Source of the DNA: Isurus oxyrinchus
Lineage: Eukaryota
Reading direction: 5' to 3'
Assembly: GCA_026770705.1 (NCBI GenBank)
Contig: JANJGN010000026.1
Span: forward strand, 35,960,001-36,024,000
Length of the DNA: 64,000 nucleotides
Shown here: positions 25,730 to 39,093 of the stretch, in pieces
Layout: each line of letters begins with the position of its first letter
Numbering within the stretch: position 1 is the first letter of the stretch
Notes under the pieces: model-generated
Told to the model about the DNA's origin: nothing
The model's input: only the letters and a program-made list of their open reading frames with translations
Database searches by the model: none
Made by a program: the position numbers and the translations under genes

Positions 25730-26720
25730 TTCATTCATGGGTAATGGGCACCGCTTGCTCAGGAGTATTTATTGTCCATTCCTTATTGCCCTTGAGATGG
25801 TGATGCTGCTTCCCCTTCTTGAACCGCTGCAGTCCATGTGTTGTAGGTACACCCAGTGTTGTTAGGGCGGGCGTTCCAGGATTTTGACCCAGAGGCAGTG
25901 AAGTGACGGCAATATATTTCAAAGTCAGGATGGTGAGCGGCTTGAAGGGAATTTGTAGGTGGTGTTCCCTCATATTTGCTGCACTTGCTCTTCTTGGTTG
26001 CAGTGGCTGAGGGTTTGACGGAACTCCCTAAGGAGACTTGGTGAATTACTACAGTGCATCATGTAGATGGTTCACACTGTTGATACTGTGTGTCGGTGGT
26101 GGAGGGAGTGAATGTTTGTGGATGTGGTGCCATTCAAGCAGGCTGCTTTGTCTTGGATGGTGTCGAGCTTCTTGGGTGTTGTGGGAGCTGTACTCATCCA
26201 GGCCACTGGAGAATGTTCCATCCAACTCCTTACTTGTGCCTTGCAGATGGTGGACAGGTTGGGGGAGGAAGGAGATGACCCTTTCGCCAGAGGATTCCTA
26301 ACCTCTGCCCTGCTCTTGTAGCCACAGTATTTATTTGCCTAGACCAATTCAGTTTCTTGTCAATGGCCACCCCAAGATTGTTGATAGTGGAGGATTCAGT
26401 GGTGGTAATGACATTGAATATCAAGGGGCTATGTTGGAGATGGTCATTGCCTGGTAGTTGTGTTGTGTGAATGTTATTTGCCACTTGTCAACCCAAGCCT
26501 AGGCGTGGTCCGGATCTTGCTGCATATGGACGTGGACTGCCTCAGTACCTAAGGAGTCGTGAATGGTGCTGAACATTTTGCAATTATCCGCAAAATATCC
26601 CCACGTCTGACCTTATGATGGAAACAAGGTCATCGATGAAACAACTGAAGATGTTTTAGCCTAGGACATTACACTGAGGAGCTCCTGCAGTGATGCCCTC
26701 GAACTCAGATAGTTGACCTT
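25730..26720 (-). mobile_element. Second CR1-like LINE family, 3' part (3' end shared with 23330-23520 and 51670-51790)
   Basis: RT-like LGVAIDKKLNW...RAGQRLGIL and shared 3' sequence GCCCTTGAGA-GGTGGTG...TTGAACCGCTGCAGTCCATG. Confidence 0.75.
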
Positions 26721-27919
26721 AAACAACCACAGCCATTTCAGTGACAGTTATTGGTGGAGAAATATTGTCCAGGCCAATTCATCTTCTCTCCTTCAAAATA
26801 GTTCTCATGTGATCCATCATGTCCAAGTAGCTGGTGTTCTCGGTTTAACATCTCAACCGAAAGCCGGCCCCTCTGATGGTGCACCATTCTCTGAGGACTA
26901 AGCTGAAGTATCAGTATAGATCTTGTGGGTCAGTTCTCTAGATAAGGGCAGAATCATGAAACGTCTTCTTCAGAGGGGATCGGGCGAATAACTGACAAGT
27001 AGTATTTGCAGAATGGCCTTTGTGTTGTTATACATGTGCACCATTCTGCAAATGACTACACAGTAAAAATATACACCCTCAGGTAAATGAGTACAAATAT
27101 TTCATAGTGGTGATCAGGCTGATGACTGACATATGGCGCGGAGTGGCCTCTCAGAGCCTCGATCACTGGCCTTCCCTGAACAGGAAGCCAGGGGCTCCTC
27201 AGTAAATTCCCGGATTGGTGTTTCCGACAGATTACGGGTGACCCGTTGAGCGGACATTATCTGTGAACAGACTGGAGACAGAATCCAGGTAATCCCAGGG
27301 CGTCATCAACACAATCCAGGAAAAAGGATTGAAAAAAATTGAAGGAAAAAAATACCGCTCTCCCTGGAAACAGGGGGCCAGACTCAGGATATCAGTAAGC
27401 ACTTTCCAACCCAAGGGAGCATGTTTCCAGTGTAGTCGATGTTGTGATGTTAGTAATATTATTCACACAGGTGACAGTGCGAATGTTTAATTCTCTGTTA
27501 GGAAGGATTGTCACTCTGACCCTTGCCGTGGATTTTGGAGTCCATGAACTTTCCAGATACTTTGAAGTTGCGTCCACCAGTAACCAAAACATTTCCGCAC
27601 GAAAAGGTGGATTGGCCTCTTTCTGTCTCCCCCCTGTCTCTATCTCTCTTTCACTCTCTGAGTGTGTGTGTCTCTCTCTCTCTCACACATTGTGATAACC
27701 TATTACTTCGGACTACGCAGTGACATTGGACCATGGAATATAATGATTTATAGGGCTCAGTCTCTAAATCTGTTGTGTAATTCACGTACAGATTCTTGCC
27801 TTATATACACTATTGTTTACAGTAACGTGTCACGGTGCCGGAATATTTCCTGTAAACCCCAGCTGTCACCTGTCAGAGCGGTGAACTTGGTAAATTTGCT
27901 CCAAAGATAAGGTTATGGA

Positions 27920-27934
27920 GCGCCATCTAGTGGA
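27920..27934 (-). promoter_or_regulatory. CTCF consensus site
   Basis: Minus strand TCCACTAGATGGCGC. Confidence 0.7.
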
Positions 27935-28809
27935 ACCTTGTCTGTAAAACAACGCCTTTCAATGTATTCTCGAATATTGCTTCATGATATTGTTGCATCA
28001 TTATTCTGCCACCTTATTATGTTGTTTATAGCTTTGGTTTTATTATTGCTGCAACTTCTCTCTTTTCATTGTTTTGCTCCGTCTACCTTTACTAATTAAT
28101 ATTCCTTCCTAGATTATTTGCCTGCTTTCTGAAGTGACTACGTCATTAAGACAGGACGTGTTCATTTGCAGAAATAGATTACTTTCTTGCTCATAAATTC
28201 ATAAATCCGGAACCGATGAGTTTCTGCTTGTTCATTTCCGAAGAATGTAAGGCTTGGGTGCACCTTAATCATCAAATAACGATGTTAATCAAATTTCAGG
28301 ATGCCAAGTATATACGATCATGGGAAATAGGAGCTGCAGTCGGTCTGTCGGCCCTTGAGGCCTGCTCCGCCATTAAATAAGGTCATGGCTGATCTGACTG
28401 TAAACTCCCACCTACGCCCTGTTACGTTTTACTCCCTTGTTTATCAAAAACCGATCTACCTATGCCTTGAAAATATTCGAAGTCTCTGCTTCTGCTGCCC
28501 TTTGAGGAAGGGGGATCCAAAGACTCACTACTTTCTGAGAGAGAAAAAAGTCTTCTCATCTCTGTTTTAAATGGGAGACCCTTTATTTTTAAACAGTGAT
28601 CCCTAGTTCTAGATTCGCCGACAAGAGGGAAGATCTTTTCCATGTGTCATTTATTTTTTTTACAGAGTGCTCATCTATATGTTATATCATTATAAATAAA
28701 AATATTTTCATTCCATTTAATTACTCGTATGATCAACTTCTTTTTTTCAGAATCGCTGTCGCTTCTAAAGCCCATGTCCTAATTGTCTCCCCAGTCCCCA
28801 TGTCGAATT

Positions 28810-28930
28810 AGTTCCAGTACAGCTTCCTGACCTCGTTGCCTCCCAGTGTTTCAGCGCATTCTACTGCACCGCAGCATCCGAGAACTGAACCGAGTGAATG
28901 GTGAGAGTAGTACAGCCTTTTTCACGGTCC
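28810..28930 (-). pseudogene. TCR V 3' relic with degenerate 23-RSS
   Basis: TLTIHSVQFSDAAVQ*NALK, then CACTGGG, 23 nt, ACTGGAACT. Confidence 0.55.
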
Positions 28931-29199
28931 ATAGGTACTTTAACTCTTCCCTCAACTCTTTCATTACTGACTATGGGGACGAGATGCTCGGCAGCTAAAT
29001 TGGATCATTGCCGCTACAAGAATGTAAGCTCAATTACAGCAAAAGTAGAGTTATGTTGAAGCAAAATGGTTGTCATTGCGTTCCCGATAAACCAATATCT
29101 TATTTTTCCCCCCAGTGACAAGGAGTAGCTGTCAAAACAAGCATGTGACTAACATAATGATTTATACAAGGGAAATTAAATAAAGTGCTTGTGGCAATA

Positions 29200-29400
29200 G
29201 GTAGGATAAACAGATCAATCCACCCATCCGCCAATCCAGCCTGGACCCACCTGAGTTAATGGTTCTGTAAGAAAAACCCATAAATATTAGCTAGAGGGAC
29301 TCCACTTCTGAGAGCTTTCATTACCTCTGTAGGCAAATCGATGTTCCGGATAAGCTCGCAGCTATTTACCCTATAAATGGCGGCATGGAGCTAAGTATAA
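29200..29400 (+). pseudogene. TCR V 5' relic (paralog of 63187-63420)
   Basis: LDPPELMVL...SESFHYLC. DNA similar to 63220-63390. Confidence 0.55.
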
Positions 29401-29419
29401 CTGTTTGAAAGGGATGGCG

Positions 29420-29745
29420 ACGGTTGCTTTGCCGCTGGACTAGTGTTCTGGAGATCACCAGGTTAATTCTGTGCGGGCCCGAGTTAGAATCCCGCCACGG
29501 TACATGACGGAATTTAATTTCAATTTGCAGTCCAATGATGACCATGAAACCATTGTCGATTATCGTAAAAACCCATTTGGTTCACAAATTCCCTTTAGGG
29601 AAGGGAATCTGCTGTCTTTACCCGGCCTGGCCTATATGTAACTCCAGGTGGCCGCACTTAAATGCCCTCTGTACAAAGGCAATTTAGGGATGGGCAGCCA
29701 GCGCTGGCCTATCCGTTGGCCCCCACATCCCACGAATAAAAAAAA
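29420..29745 (+). mobile_element. SINE (shark HE1-like); related copies at ~19935-20160, 54250-54480 and 55070-55425
   Basis: tRNA-like head, shared core AAAACCCA..TGGTTCAC...CCTTTAGGGAAGG, LINE-like tail and A-rich end. Confidence 0.6.
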
Positions 29746-29905
29746 AAATCTCAATTCATTCTTTATGGATTTGGAGAAGGCTGAATAGAGCAATGAAACT
29801 GAGTCAAATAGACCTGCCTCTTTTGCTTCTCTGTCGGCAGGATCAAACTTTTCCCGGCGACAAAAGCACAAACCATAGCTTACTGGAGCTGTAAATGCTC
29901 GGTGA

Positions 29906-30235
29906 CGTTTTTGGACGGGGTTCTAGCTGTGATCTGAAGTTGTGTTTCATTGCACAGTAATACACCGCCCCGTCCTCCACACGCAGTTCGCTTATATTGA
30001 GACAACCGCTCTTTTCAGACTGGTCAGCATTCGCCAGATATCGTCCTGAAATGTCATCTTTCTTCAGTGCTAAGACATTGGGAATAATCAATCTTGGTGG
30101 GTGTGCCGTTTGCTGCCGATACCATTGCATGTACTACATATTCCACTCTGTATATTCACTGTCTAAATACACCGAAGCCCCTTCTGACACCGTTATTGCG
30201 ACCGGGGACTGAGTTATTGGATAAGCGCAGTCCAC
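29906..30235 (-). pseudogene. TCR V pseudogene (paralog of the 63.6-kb V)
   Basis: PITQSPVAITVSEGASVYLDS(Cys>Ser)EYTEWNM*YMQWYRQ...DGAVYYCAMK. RSS CACAACT, 23 nt, CCAAAAACG. Confidence 0.85.
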
Positions 30236-32328
30236 CTGTGAGGTAGAAGAAAGAAATATCAAGCGGTTAAACAGTGTTGATCTAAATTTGTTTGTACCTG
30301 TGTGAGATTGTGGAACCACCTATCTCCCCAGCTGCCCATCATATGCATATTTCTGATCGTGAATTGTTTCAAATATTATCACAACCTCTGTACATTATTC
30401 TACTGATCTGCCTTGATGAACTTAATCCAAAATTTACTGTTCAACAGTGCCGCCAGTATTATCAGAAACATGTCTGACTGTCTCACTCTGAGCGAATGCG
30501 AATGGAATGAGCCAGAGGTTGAAGAGGAGAGAAGGAACCCGGGCTCTGTTCAGCTCATCGTTCCATCCACACACTGCTGGGGGCCAGGCCCATTGTTATC
30601 TTACTCAGGAAACTATCCCTACTAGCGTTGGTGTTTCCACCACGTGACTTAATGACACCCATTCTTGAACTTGGCGTCCTCCGCTGGTGAATTCGGTTCA
30701 ATCCGTATTCGGATGCGGCCGTTGAGAGGATTCAGGGTTTATTGAAACGCAAATCAAAACACGAATGTTCCCCAGAAGCCTAAATTGGAGCTGTTTAGAC
30801 GCAGCCTTTGTTGCTGCTGATGTTTATGTCGGAGCGCAATGTTAAATCTGTAGAAATTGTCGCTGGATTTCTCTGTCCAAAGCCTGGGCACGACGAAGCA
30901 GAAGTAATGTGAAGACTTTGGAGAAAGTGCGGACGCTGTACACCAGAATGGCACCGGAGATGAGGATCGTTTACGCGAACGGCAAGGGAAACTTAGATTC
31001 TTGCCCTCGTAACAAAGGTGGTAGAAAAGACTGATGTGCTAAAAAGTATGTCCTTCTGAGAGGTTAGGTCGCAATTGCTTCCATTATGAGCTGATTCAAT
31101 CATCAAATCATTTCGATTCCATGAAAACAATAGAGAGGGGAAAATCTGTTTTATTTATTACATTGTATGTGTATCTGAAACACCATGTTTGAAATGATGG
31201 GGAAGAAGATTCAATCGTACATTTCAATACGGAATTGTTATAAGTTGAAAAAAGAAGACAAGGTGGAAAATGTGAGGTGTGAAAGGCCATTGGGATGGGT
31301 CTTTAAAATAGACACAGATACGGTAAGCGGAGTCCTCATTCCACTTCAGAAGTTTCTGTGAGTCTGCTCCCTTACTGCCGCTTCCGCATGATTTATTCTC
31401 AGTCACTTGATGTGTGAACAGGTGTAGGATGCTCACAGGCTTCTGGAGTTTCAACTGTCGCTATATCCGCTACATCATTTCCGGTTGCAGCTGATCACCG
31501 CCGCGCACTTTCATCAGGGTTCAATCTGCTGCACCTCCGACCACAGCTTCCGTTTATTCCTCTCCTCTGACCGGATCTTGTTCTTGGAGGTATTGCTTCC
31601 CCTTGGTCTGATCTTGCCATTGGCTAGATCAGCAGTACCGTGAACCAGGGACCTGATTTGAAACAGAGATGATGCGAGTTTTTTTTTCACTCAGATGATC
31701 ATGTGTCTTTGAACCTCTCTTGCTGAACAGGCGGTGGAGGCAGAGTCTTTGTATATTTTTATGGCAGCTGTGGATAGATTCTTAGTAAGGGAGGGGGTGA
31801 AAGGTTATCGGGGGTAGGTGGGATGCATATTTCAGATTATAATTGGATCAGCCAAGAATTTATTAAATGCCGGAGCAGGCTCGAGGGGCTGAATGGCCTA
31901 CTCCTGCCCCTTGTACGTATGCTTGTATGACCTGGCAGATAATTTCCCGCACTGAAGATCGACAGACTCAAGAATTATCACTGTTAAAATTTCCGATGAG
32001 CCGTCACACAGCAGAATCACTTGCACACATATTCAATAAAATGTCCGAATCGACTCAGCGGATTATAACCCTACAATTAATCAGTGCTTAAGATTCACTC
32101 ACAAAGAAGACCGCGCTCAATGAATGACTGTTTCTCCTGTCGCATACTTTATGCTGTGACTGTCACAACCTCTGATCAAAGTTGCTACCTGAAGGGTTTT
32201 ATAAAGCTAGCGGCACCCCGCTCACAGCCTCCGTATGCGGCTCTCGTTCTGACCCGCCTTACCATTCTATCCGTCTTGTGCTATTGGAGAGGTCGCTGCA
32301 GCAGTTCCTGGACTGTAAACAGGAGGGA

Positions 32329-32803
32329 GGTTTTTCTACAGTGACTGCCGCCTTTCCTTTCAGTGTGGGGCTTTATGGCACAGTAATACACAGCGGTATC
32401 CGCGCTCTCCGTCTTCTCAATAACAAATTGGCCCCGTTTATTCTCAGTGGAAAGTTCCAAATCGAATCGGTCCTTCATCCCTTTGCCAGCCGAGAATCTG
32501 CCTATTTTCCACTCCAGACCCTGACCGGATTTCTGTTTATACCAGTACATTCCGTTAAAGCTGGGCATGTCATAGGTGCAGTTCATCGGCACCGAATCCC
32601 CGCTCTGGACTGTTTTCGCAGTGGGAAACTGGGACACCTTTTCCGAGCGACATCGACCTGTAAAAACATGCAGACAGCGAAACATTGAAGCAACATGTGT
32701 ATAAATACACACTCTCTACAGGTTACTGAATATATGCCTTACACTTACAAGTTAGTAACACCAGAATGATGGGGAGTAGATTCAGTTGGACCGCGAAATG
32801 CAT
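32329..32803 (-). CDS. TCR alpha/delta V segment, open frame, probably functional
   Basis: Leader 32803-32749 MHFAVQLNLLPIILVLLT|GTAAGT. Exon 32657-32368 ...KVSQFP...MNCTYD...MYWYKQ...DTAVYYCAIKP. RSS CACACTG, 23 nt, AGAAAAACC. Confidence 0.88.
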
Positions 32804-35089
32804 CCTTGCAATTAAAGTTTCAGTAAGAAAAGGAAGCAGAGCTCACATCAGCAGAGCACGGAGCGTCTGAACGAAGTCAATAGTCGGTTAATGTAACCGT
32901 CAGAGATCATGTTTCTTTCAGGTGGTTTTGTTGTTCTTGGATTGGTTGCAAATACTCTGTTCTTGTGACGTAAGAATGTGGCTTTTGACCCCTGCTCCTT
33001 TCTCCATCGGTTCCCATCGGATCATGTCATTTGTCAAAACGCCAGGAATTTCCTTCACTCCTTGTGGTGAGAAGTGAGCAGAACGCAATAACTTTGCGGC
33101 ACTGATTCTCCAAAGAGACAAACTTGGGCTCCGGGCCTTTGTAAACATTTGAAATTCTGTACAAACATTGCCTTAAGGAATGAAGGCAGCCCGTTGTTAA
33201 AATCATATTTTATCAGTTCTCGAGCTGGTATTGTACATTCAAATTCCCATTGTTGGAAGATTTCTGAATGTGGATCGGGACAGCACTGAAGGAGAAACGC
33301 ATTGGCGCTTTTCGGCTATTCATCATACATCTATGCACAGCTCCTGGGAGCATTGCCCGTGAAGCTCGTTCAAACCCCCCTTGGCGAGGGATAGGGTGGG
33401 TTCTAGATAATAGGAAGGGAGCGAAACCTGGGCATGAAAGTCGGCCCTCGCAGCTTTCACATTAATTAGCAAAGGATTGTGATTCATGAAAAGAAACCAA
33501 ATGCAGGACGATGTCAGTTTATATTTTTTTCTTTTTTAACTTTGTCTTCCAGCAAAGACACAGCTGATGCGAGGTGAGAAAATCACTTTTTCACAGAGCT
33601 AGAAGTTGGGGTTTGGAATACACTACCTGGAAGTGCGGTGGAGGCAGGTTCAACTGAGGCATTCAAGAGGGCTTTGGATGCTTATTGAAATACAAGCAAT
33701 GTGCAGGGTTACGGGGAAAAGGCAGCAGATTGGCACTAAGTTAAAATGCTCAGAGAGCTGGTGCAGACACGATGGGACGAATGGCCTCCTTGTACACCGT
33801 AACATTTCTGTTATTCTGTGATATCAGGTATCAGTGTATGTCTGTTGTTTAGATCATTTATATTTTTCTCTATCTTCCAGACCCTGAGTTCAACTGCCCA
33901 TTGACTAATATTGGACGGAATGCCTTCGGTATGATGAAGGCATCCGAGTGATGACTGTAGTCTGATGAATTTGAGGTATGAGTCTTCAATTCAGAGGCAA
34001 TTGTCGGAGAAGTAACATTTTATTTATCGTCCAGGTTCTGATCTTTCGAACGAACATTCATTTCGGCTGCCCTCTGCTGTCTGTTCTGAGGAATGATTAG
34101 ATGAGGTGGGCAGGCTGTGAGAAATTATGTGAGTGTTCAGTCGCCTGTCTGCAGTTTCTCTTTAAGGATGCTTTACTGTAACGACACTTGACTGATATTC
34201 AGATCAGAAAGAAAGGGTTTGCATAGCCACATTAAGGACTAGAATAAGGAGGTGCCTAGGATTGTGGTTAAAGTTTGGGGTCGGGGGGGAGGAGGGAAGA
34301 TGAGACCATCAGGCATGCAAAGGGTATCCATGGAGAGTAGATGAGCTCAGGTGCCACAGATGAATTTGTGAAGTTGATTTGCACTAGACGCGGAAGTGGA
34401 AAATGTCAGGTAATATATTTGTGCTGATGCACCTTGTGTATTTACGTTGAGAGCTTTGTTTTGTTGTCTCGTTAACAAGGACCCAGTTACTCTGACTCTG
34501 GAGATTGAATCACTTGTACTGTTTGTCTTTACCCCTGTGAGCGCTAAGTGGAATTCTTAGTGCCTGTCTCTTTCCCGGTAATTTTTCAGCTATAGTAATT
34601 CCAATCCGTGAGCTTTAATCACCTCTGTCGGCACATCAATATTCCGGCTTTATTTTGAGCATAAAAAGGCGGAATGCAAATAAATCCAAACATTTGCAAA
34701 GCCGCCCACCTGTTAGTTTGGACAAAGACAGCGGCAGTAATGTAACTGTGCGATAAATAGACCTATAAGTTTTTGTCTGCTGTGATCTCGAGATCAAACC
34801 CGTCGCTGAACAAAGCTGATGATATTGAAAAACCAATGTGGATTGGATAGGGAGTCTTCACAAATGGTTCCCTTCCGTGTCTGTCTGGCCAATCGGATTC
34901 TGCAGTTTGTTTGATTTTCCCAGCAGCTCCTGAGAACAGTTGAGTGACAGTTTGATCCGAGGTTAATGTGGTTCCCTCTCGCTGTGTGTATCTGAGCGGC
35001 TGACAGAGCCGCTATGCATTGTAGCTGCACCTGCCCGCTACTCTGCACAAACCGCAACAAACAGGAGCTCCCACTAACAGTGCAAATCC

Positions 35090-35588
35090 AGTTTTTGTAC
35101 AGGGGTAAAACTGGTTTTCATGTGAGTCTCAAAGCGCAGTAATAGACGGCAGCGTCTGTCAGCTGCAGACCCGAGATGATTAAACTGGTGAATTTAGTGG
35201 AGATCTGGAGCTCTACAGAGAAACGACTTTTCGCAAATTCTGCCTTTTCTTCATTGTTATTAGTATCCTTGATCATTACAAACTGGGGCTGTGTATCTGG
35301 GGGTTGAGGGTACCAGCATAACCTATAGCCGCTCCTTGTAGATTCATAGTTACAGTTTAAAGTAATCTCTTCTCCTTCTATCCTAACATGTGATGAGAGT
35401 GGCTGAGCGACAGAATCTACATGAGTCCCGTCTGGAAAAAAAAATAAAACAGGAATGTTAAGACCGACAGCTGACTGAAATCTGATTGAAACCATGCCTG
35501 GGAAATGACAGAAAAGACGAAATGTATTCCCTCAAGGATTACTTGTCAGAATTACTGTCCACATAACCCAAATTGTGAATAGCCGCAT
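35090..35588 (-). pseudogene. TCR V (duplicate of the 18.7-kb V) with open frame but damaged RSS
   Basis: Leader 35588-35543 MRLFTIWVMWTVILT. Exon 35431-35125 is open (WYPQ). A 4-nt deletion relative to the paralog leaves CACATGA, 19 nt, ACAAAAACT. Confidence 0.85.
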
Positions 35589-35889
35589 TGTCGTTGTCCG
35601 CCCTGTCAAAAGGCTGCTCGATATTTGAAGACACCCTTTCTAATCCCCGCCCTTAGGAACCGGTTGTCCTGTCACAGGATGTTTACTCCTCACTTCCTGT
35701 GTCCCCTGTAGTGCGGCGAGACCGACAGGTTTTGAGAGAGCAGAGAGTCAATGAGCTGGATTGAACGTGGGCGGTCCGGTGTGAGCTCAGAGGCAGGGTG
35801 AGCCGTTGTCAGTGTGAAATATTGAATGTGGGCGGTCCGGCCTGAGCTCAGAAACAGGTTGATCTGGTGTCAGTGCCGTGTACTGATCA

Positions 35890-36091
35890 AGGCAGTTCCA
35901 GAATCAGCCACCCCCGCATCTGGTTATGGCCACAAGAGGATCTAACCAGCACGAGAGAATCACAGTTCAGTAGGTGGAGATAACAAACTCAGTACTCTGA
36001 CTGTGAGGGGCGCTTGGCTTCCTGACACTGCCACTTATCTCTGCGCCATGAGACACAGTATAACAAAAGACTTCGAGCCCAAACAAAAACC
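35890..36091 (+). pseudogene. TCR V 3' half (family of the 41.7-kb V)
   Basis: RQFQNQPPPHLVMATRG...LSTLTVRGAWLPDTATYLCAMR. RSS CACAGTA (36054-60), 22 nt, ACAAAAACC (36083-91). Preceded by ~2 units of the 59-bp promoter-like repeat. Confidence 0.8.
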
Positions 36092-36519
36092 TGCAACATG
36101 TCATCGTTCCTCTCCATTGCGTTTGGGGATCGGTATTGTGACGGGCACGATTATAAAAATCCGAGGGCCAGTCAATGAGCTCAATTAAAAATGTTTATAC
36201 AGGAGAAACATTTAAATGAACCCTCCAATAAAGAGATTCAAAAGTAGACAGAGTAAAATGAGGGTTAAACACGCAAGCCGGAATGTTTAAGAGAGATAGG
36301 AAAAGCTTTGTTAGAACACTGGACCAGGAAAAGTAGAGAAAGGCAAGGTGGAAAATTGAAAGATAAGCTACCCAGGAAGCAGGGAGCGATGTTTTCACTG
36401 TTTTGGTTTCAGTGTCGGGACGTGAATAACGTTCAGTAACTTTGTTGAACAAACGAATTAAGGAAAGATTTACAAAAAAGGCATTGCTTTGAAATTGGTG
36501 TCACTGTTTTTTATATTGT

Positions 36520-36930
36520 CAGCCCTGGTTCAGTTGGTGCTGTACTCTCATTGGAATGACAAGATTCCCCGGTTAAATTTCACTCCAGTGCTTAACACAA
36601 AGTTCAAGGCTGACACTCAGGTGCATTGCGGAAGGAGGTGACACTTTCAGGTGAGACACGAAAACGAGACGGCATCTATCTGCTCCGGAGATTGTTAAAT
36701 ATCTCATGGCACAATTTCCAAGAAGAATGTTGGAATTATCCATTGTTTACCTCCAGGTTATCTCGTCATTACCACATTTCTGTATGTGGGAGTTTGCCAA
36801 TTGGAAATTAGCTGTTGAAGTTCCGACATTACAATAGTGACCCCATTTTCAAAATGTTTCAGTGCTGTTAAGTGCTTTGAGGCGTCCAGAAATCATGAAA
36901 CGTTGTAAATAAATGAAAATCTTTCCTTAT
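36520..36930 (+). mobile_element. tRNA-derived SINE (related inverted fragment ~26760-26990)
   Basis: Pol III A/B-box-like head (TGGTTCAGTTGGT...GGTTAAATTTC) followed by a SINE-type core. Confidence 0.5.
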
Positions 36931-37379
36931 TTCTTGCTTTGATTAACGTTTATCCATGCGGTTATTATGGTTGACAGATTGAAAACATCGGCATGAAACA
37001 TCACACCCATCCGGGGTAGGTCAGGGGCTCAAAGTAGAAAAGAAAATATTAGGTTTGGAATAGTCAAATTCCAATTACACAAACAGAGGGTACGCAGTGT
37101 GGAATATGGTTTCAATTAGAAAGCGGGAGAAAAAAAACACTGAAATTGTTGGATGCCACAATGGAAGGTGGAGATTTGGATGTCTCGGGATCAGTGAACA
37201 ACAACAAGAGGGAATAGCTTTTCTTCATTGCAACAGTCATGGAAGCTGCAACCTGTGGACATTTGGCGTCAATAGAAGCACCGCACAATTGGCAGTAACA
37301 GCCACAAGGAGAGGATGTGCAACTGTAAGAAATACTAGTGATCATGAGCGAAGATAGTTGGCCTCTCTGACAAACACCG

Positions 37380-38105
37380 AGTGAGGCTGGTTCATTTTGA
37401 GCTCAGAGAGTGTGAGCTGGTCTCACTGAGAAACACAGAGTGTGGACGGCCCGGTGTGAGTTCAGCGAGTGTGAGCTGGTCTCAGTGTGAAACACTGAAT
37501 GTGGACGGCCCGGTGTGAGCTCAAAGAGTGTGAGCTGGTCTCAGTGATGAATGCTGACTGTGGGCGGCCCGATGTGAGCTCAGAGAGTGTGAGCTGGTCT
37601 CAGTGAGAAACACTGTGTGCAGACGGCCCGGTGTGAGCTCAGCGAGTGTAAACTGGTCTCAGTGTGAAACACTGAGTGTGGACGGCCCAGTGTGAGCTCA
37701 GAGAGTGTGGGCTGGTCTCAATGATGAACGCTGACTGTGGGCAGCCCGATGTGAGCTCAGAGAGTGTGAGCTGGTCTCAGTGAGAAATGCTAAGTGTGGG
37801 TGGCCCGGTGTGAGCTCAGAGAGTGTGAGCTGTTCTCAGTGAAAAATGCTGAGTGTGGGCGGCTAAGTGTGAGCTCAGAGAGTGTGAGCTGGACTCAGTG
37901 AGAAACACTGAGTATGGGCGGCCCGATGTGAGCTCAGAGAGTGTGAGCTGGCCTCAGTGAGAAACAATGAGTGTGGGTGGACTGGTATGAACTCAGAGAC
38001 CGTGAGCTGGTCGCAGTGAGAAACACTGAGCGTGGACGGCCGAATGTGAGCTCGGGGAGTGTGAGCTGGTGTCCTGCAGAAAGACTGAGTGTGGGGTACG
38101 GCGTG
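37380..38105 (+). repeat. ~59-bp minisatellite, ~12 units
   Basis: Unit GAGCTCAGAGAGTGTGAGCTGGTCTCAGTGAGAAACACTGAGTGTGGGCGGCCCGGTGT. Confidence 0.95.
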
Positions 38106-38209
38106 TGACATGAGAGGCAGTGTGCGAGGGAAGGGGAGGATGTGGCAGGAAAGTGGCCCGGGAACAGGTACACGCTGAGAACAGGTTCTTCGGTTTTTCT
38201 ACTCGAAAA

Positions 38210-38692
38210 TACCTCTGAATTGGACCTGAAGCAGATGATTGGCTTTTTGTTAATCCTCTTGAATTAATACCCCTGTTCTTGTTCTAACCCAGCCTCTGTG
38301 GAGAATTATTTCTATCAGCATTTCACCTGGTCAAATAATGTTGCAGATTTACTGAGTTTACACACTTCCCTGAATGGACAAGTGAAGATGATGTGGAGCA
38401 GCTCCCTGGGCGGCTGGTTCTCAGTGAAGCAGGAATCGTATCCATGAGTTGCTCAGCTACTGCTGCGTTCACCACCTTGCACTGGGACAGCCATCGCCGA
38501 ATCAGCCCCTCCAGCATCTGGTGATGGCTACAAGTGGGACCGATCAACAAGGAAGGATGACTGCTGCAATCTGGGGAGGAACTAAATTCAGTAACATGAC
38601 AGTGAGGGCCGCCTGAGTGACAGACAGCGCCACCTATCTCTGTGCTGTGATGCCAAAGTGTAACAAACAAGTGGAGAGTCCATACAGAAACC
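38210..38692 (+). pseudogene. TCR V pseudogene (family of the 41.7-kb V)
   Basis: EDDVEQLPGRLVLSEAGIVSMSC...LHW-(fs)-NQPLQHLVMATSG...AA*VTDSATYLCAVM. RSS CAAAGTG, 23 nt, ACAGAAACC (38654-92). Confidence 0.85.
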
Positions 38693-39010
38693 GACACCCA
38701 GTGGGGGAACTGGTCTGCTGCGTTTTGGAGTATCCGGTAATAATAATGGAAAGCTATAGCGAATGATCATCAAATGGAAAATAGTGAAGCTACAGAGTTC
38801 AAGAAGTGTGAAATAAAGAGAATTGGAAAAATAGACAGGGACAACTGAAGAGCAAACATAAAAGAAAAATGAGTGAGGGGAAGGATAGACAACTTTGCTA
38901 AAGGAGCACAATTTTCAAAACACGATTACAATGGAACACTTTTGGGAATAAGGTTTAACTAAGGATTTATTTCTGAAGACAAGCAATCTGAGATGTGCCC
39001 ATGACATTGT

Positions 39011-39014
<4 letters not shown>

Positions 39015-39064
<50 letters not shown>

Positions 39065-39093
39065 ACGCGCGTGTGCGTGAGTGTGTGTGTGTG
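39015..39093 (+). repeat. (TG)n microsatellite
   Basis: Seen directly. Confidence 0.95.

Noticed and set aside
27120-27430. Possible V relic (leader-like MLPWVGKCLLIS; DSVS)
   Set aside because: No WYRQ, YYC or RSS recognisable.
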